A DNA stretch of 64,000 nucleotides from Chrysomallon squamiferum (Eukaryota > Animalia > Mollusca), in NCBI GenBank assembly GCA_012295275.1, contig CM022671.1, positions 8,494,001 to 8,558,000 of the forward strand, given 5' to 3'. The notes below the pieces were generated by a model that worked only from the letters and a program-made list of their open reading frames with translations, was not told the DNA's origin and did no database searches. The translations under genes and the position numbers were made by a program. Positions 52,590-64,000 of this stretch are shown piece after piece (positions within the stretch are counted from its first letter, which is position 1; the number at the start of each line of letters is the position of its first letter).

Positions 52590-53298
52590 ATTGTATTCCA
52601 CCTTAAATCTGAATTTTATAAGTACTACTGTGTTCCACCTTAAATCTGAATTTTATAAGTACTACTGTATTCCACCTTAAATCTGAATTTTATAAGTACT
52701 ACTGTGTTCCACCTTAAATCTGAATTTTATAAGTACTACTGTGTTCCACCTTATATGTGAATTTTATAAGTACTACTGTGTTCCACCTTAAATCTGAATT
52801 TTATAAGTACTACTGTGTTCCACCTTATATGTGAATTTTATAAGTACTACTGTGTTCCACCTTATATGTGAATTTTATAAGTACTACTGTGTTCCACCTT
52901 AAATCTGAATTTTATAAGTACTACTGTGTTCCACCTTATATGTGAAAAGTTACTACTGTGTTCCACCTTATATGTGAATTTTATTCTACTGTATTCCACC
53001 TTAAACTGAATTTTTAAGAACAACTACTGTGTTTTTAAAATAAGTACTACTGTAACCTTAAATCTGAATTTTAAACATGTGAAATGTGAATTTTATAACT
53101 GTGTTCCACCTTAATGTGAATTTTAAATGAATTCCACCTTAAATCTGAATTTTTAAACTACTTAAATCTGAATTTTATAAGTACTACTGTGTTCCACCTT
53201 ATATGTGAATTTTATAAGTACTACTGTGTTCCATCTTAAATCTGAATTTTATAAGTACTACTGTATTCCACCTTAAATCTGAATTTTATAAGTACTAC
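52590..53298. repeat. 37-bp minisatellite (AGTACTACTGTGTTCCACCTTAAATCTGAATTTTATA), ~19 units
   Basis: Period 37 (agtac at 52621, 52658, ...), with a degenerate centre at ~52940-53165. Confidence 0.95.
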
Positions 53299-54220
53299 TG
53301 GTACATAAACTGAAGATTTACGTAGATATTAAACGTTACTATGCTCATTCTCCACAACGTAAGAATAACTACATTTTTAAAACCAACTTGAAGTGAAAAC
53401 ATGAAATGATTTAATAATGCAAAAATGAAATAATTTAATACCATAGTAAATAAGTGAAATAATTTAATACCAAAATAAATAAGTGAAATAATGTAATACA
53501 TTAATAAATATGTGAAATAATTTAATATCAGAATTAACAGCTGAACTAATCTGAACACAATAAATAAGTGAAGTAATACAATGCCTTAATACATACACAC
53601 ATAGACACGCCATACATAGATACAGACAAGTTTATTCATAACTATACACAAACACATAATTATTTATTAATTATAAATTAGTAAAATATGAAGCCACTAT
53701 ACATAATTTGCCTGACCAGAAATTAAAATTTACTCTGAAAATATGTCTTTACCATCTTTCTGGATTCAGTCAAAGATTGTTTCCATTTATGAGATAAAAA
53801 CTCAAGACTTTAAACTGACGATCAAAGTTAACTCTACAGAAGATTAAATCTTTCGAGTTTATTTTACACCAGTACGAGATTAATGTACTGAGATGAGTCT
53901 GTAATCAAACAGAATTGTCCTCTGTGAACTATAACAATGCATCCATTTACCTGTATAGAAATTGAAGAACACGGTCGATGTGAAGAACCTCTTTTCCAAA
54001 TTAAGGTTTTTGTGAACAAGCATCCTCTGTCTCAGTGTTGAGAATACCGATAGCTCTAAATCGTTGCGACAAAATAACTTTTAACAAATACCACCATCAT
54101 TACAGGCTCTCTGTGCATTAAGTTGGGCCTTGTCTAACCTAACACAGTATTTTCCATAGTGATGATCATCTATGTATGCGTTTCAGTGTAAGTGACCAAA
54201 ACGTGCATTTTATTTATTTG

Positions 54221-54292
<72 letters not shown>

Positions 54293-54966
54293 TGAAACTC
54301 TTGCATAATGTCTAATATAGCCTAATTCAGTTTGTGATGATTCAGAAAACTAAATTCAGTAAGACATTATTGAGAACAACTCAAGAGAAATATATTTTTG
54401 TGGACAATAAAAATCTTTATTGTTCATGCATGTTGATATTTCAACATTTACATCAAAATGTTATATAATGAATATATTTTCTATAAAATGTCGCCGATAC
54501 TTGTAATGTGTTGCTGTCCGGTATCTTGTATCATGCGAGTCAGCATACTCGTTATATTTGTTACTTTGTTTTAGATTTATTGTAGGGAAAGTTTATTGAA
54601 ATAAATGTATATATATATACATGTATAATAATGCAATACAAAATAAGGAAACGAATATTCTAATAAACAGCTATGGTAGAATAAATTATTATATTACAAA
54701 TTATAAAATAAGTATATATATATATATATATATATATAGATAACGCAAATGAAATAAGTTATATTCAATGAAACAGCTCGAATTAACTGATCAACAACTT
54801 AGAAATAATCGGAAATATTATCGGGAACGTTAATTTTATTTTATTTTATGTTGATTATTCCGAACATTATGAATGTTTTGCGGGTTGGGGGGAGAAGAAG
54901 AAGAAAAGAGTTATATGTACGAGAAGGACAAATGTTTGAATTCTGCGTTTCAAAATAAAATCTGTC

Positions 54967-61220
<6,254 letters not shown>

Positions 61221-63232
61221 GGTCCGAATGTCACAATATATATGACAATAACAGTTCCTATTATAAAACTGTAAGGCCGATCGAATAGTTGTTGTTTATG
61301 TTGTCTGTGGTAACTTGAATATCCCGCTGCACTAGTATTTGATCAAACTGTTTCTTTTATAAATCTAATGTTACAAATGTTCAAAAGATAAACATTCTTT
61401 ATGCTGTTGATGTATAATCCATATAAAACTACATAACAAACGTCGAATGCCTTGACCTTTTAAAAAAATAGCTACCGTATTCACTCCTCTAAACGCACTT
61501 TTGTTTATTTCCATTGACCAGTATACTCTCTGGGCTAACGTGACGTTTCAAAGGACACCTACACAAATGTCAGTACAGAGCGACCGACAGGCGAGATTTA
61601 ATCTGGGGATATCATGTATCCGAACTGTAGTTATTGTCTGCAGGGATCACATTGCTTTTAAGATCTCCTGAGTTTTACAGGACAGAAAGAAAGCAGGGGG
61701 TAAAAATAATAATAATAATATATAAAAAAAATTATAATAATAATAAAAATTATATGGAAAACTCGATAAATAGGTGCTGGGTGACACTTTCCTGCGTGTA
61801 TGTATGCATCTCATAGGCCTTGGAAATCACTAAAAGAATATTTCATAATATCAGCAGTGAATCGTGTCAGTCCTGAGATGGAAGTTTAAGATATCTCATC
61901 TGCCTATAGCAGATATTCCGAGGAGTTAATAGATGGTGGTATTCAAATTTAATAAACAATAATTAATTACAAAGTACACGAATATGTAATGTATTGATAA
62001 TGGAAAGAAAATGCAGTTGCCGTGATGTTCGTAAAAGTTCAACGTATTTTATCTAGTTTATTTCGTTTCGTGCATTCATACATGCCATGCATAGTTTGAT
62101 TGCTCTGTTATTACATATTACATCTAACTGTCCTTTTTAAGCTAGTGCAAATGAAAAATAGCTGAAATAAAATATCACTGATCACTTTACTTTTGGCTTG
62201 TGAAACCGAAGATTTTTTTTTTTTTTTTTTTTTTTTTCGTATTAAAAGAAGAAAGATTAGTAACAATCAAGGCAAATATTCTTAATGAAAGAGACTATTC
62301 ACGTTGACACAAAATAAAATAAATCTCCAATTATGTTCAAATACAAAACTGTGTGTTTTATCAAATGAATACTTTACATTAAATCCTTGCTGATTATATG
62401 GCTATGCGGTTTTTATCACATTCATGAATCAGTTTAAAACACCCATGCACCAGTCGTCTGAAAAACCATAACGAAACGCTGAAAACAATATGAGAAGAAC
62501 CATATACTGCTCAGTTCAACACATCTAAACAACATTTCTTATATTCAGTTATATATATACCAAAGAATTCGTCTATTAAGAATGAGACCACTGTTATGTG
62601 AATAAATCATAAAATATTGTATTAAAACCATAACAATAAGAGTAGATAAATAAACACTTCCAAATATCCTTTTTTGTAGAACTCGTAAATAAATATGCAC
62701 AGAGTTACCTTTAACTTGGTAAAAGCAGTCGAAAATATTAACATGTGCGTACTGACATTTTTAGTTAAAAATATCGAAAACTTTCTAACAGACACTGGTA
62801 TTTTTAGTTTAAGTAAAGGCATCGAAAATATTAACATACACATTCTGACATTTTTAATTTGGTAAAAGCGGCGAAATTACTAATATTTACGTACTGATAT
62901 TTTTAATACAGTATTTTTTTAATTATTTATTTAAAGACGTTTATCCACCACATACAGCTGAAATAAACAGGGACTACAAACATGATTATTCAGCAACAAG
63001 AAAATTATTGCGTTTTGTTAGTGTTAGTTGAAATACGAATAAAACAACAACAACAACAACAACAACAAAAAAAAAAAAAAACACTAAAGATTTTTATCAG
63101 TCTAAACAAATCTAGTAAGAAAATGTTTCGAAAATTTTAAACTTTTTTTTTTTTTTTTAAATTCATTCAGATCGGTTATGGAACTGTAAAAATAATAAAT
63201 ATGTCGTGGAGTAAATAATTTTATTTATCTAT

Positions 63233-63263
<31 letters not shown>

Positions 63264-64000
63264 TTTTATTTGTATTTTGTTTACGTAGGCAAAAACCTTT
63301 AACAATATTATGACTCAGTAAACTGGAGTTTTAGAATCGAAAAATATTTAGCTATAATTCTGTTCTCGTTTAGTAATGGCTAATAGAAATACTTTATGTG
63401 CATGTTACATTTCCATCATGTTTTATGGTTCATCTAGTTTGAATGAATGCAAAAATTAACGTGCTAATCAGAGCTAGCACGTTCTAGTTTGAACTAACTG
63501 AATATTTATATTTGTTGATGTTAATAGTTAAACAACCGCGAATATTTTTAGTTAAAATTAACTTTCCAGGAAGTATAACCTTACAACATGTTACGTTACA
63601 TGTTATGATAGACACAGGGATAAGAAATTCAAATGTTTCTTAACTTTATATTCATCAGAGATTCCCGCTTATCCACAGCTATGATAATAGAGCCTTGTGT
63701 TTATTTGTCTAAGAGAATTACGACGGGTGTGATTTTAAGTTATTAGATAACTGGTACAGACAAAGGCACGTTCGTCGTTACATTTTCAGCTATTTATGCT
63801 TTAGATTCCCAGCAATGAATGATCTGCCTGCAGGTATTTTACTAATTACTCGTTATAAATGAGTGCATTAATAAATGCTCAAATTAAATTTGCTGCATGT
63901 CACTCATCAGAACCGGACACTGACCTTATCAAAACTGGGTCCGATGACGAAACAGGTACAAAGAATGGTAGTAATCAAGTTAATCTCCATATCCTAATCC

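Noticed and set aside
52590-53298. 37-bp repeats resembling CRISPR repeat length
   Set aside because: Head-to-tail tandem units without spacers.
62690-62905. Three or four degenerate ~50-bp repeats (TCGAAAATATTAAC...CTGACATTTTT)
   Set aside because: Short decayed tandem duplication with no evidence of function.

Overview
AT-rich, intron-containing animal genomic DNA (microsatellite-rich, one 200-N scaffold gap at 6686-6885; the gene content looks lophotrochozoan/mollusc-like, which is an inference). Bases ~1-47.7 kb are a tandem/inverted segmental-duplication array of an uncharacterised 6-exon type-I membrane protein family. I spliced it by hand: signal peptide, 8-Cys SUEL/Gal-lectin-like domain, CUB-like domain, Thr-rich stalk (27-bp repeat), TM, then a Tyr-free Pro-rich tail (36-bp repeat). 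Three copies have intact reading frames (A 10363-14558, B 25332-29592, C 38039-41691, all minus strand). Three are pseudogenes or fragments (19.4-21.4 kb +, 33.8-34.3 kb +, 43.7-47.0 kb -), two of them with Tigger/pogo-like insertions. Next to the array is a 2-exon Toll-like receptor (48913-51950 +), convergent with a 9-exon mitochondrial-clan cytochrome P450 (54967-61220 -). The window also holds 24-bp and 37-bp minisatellites, several inverted repeats and a probable haplotype-overlap false duplication around the gap.
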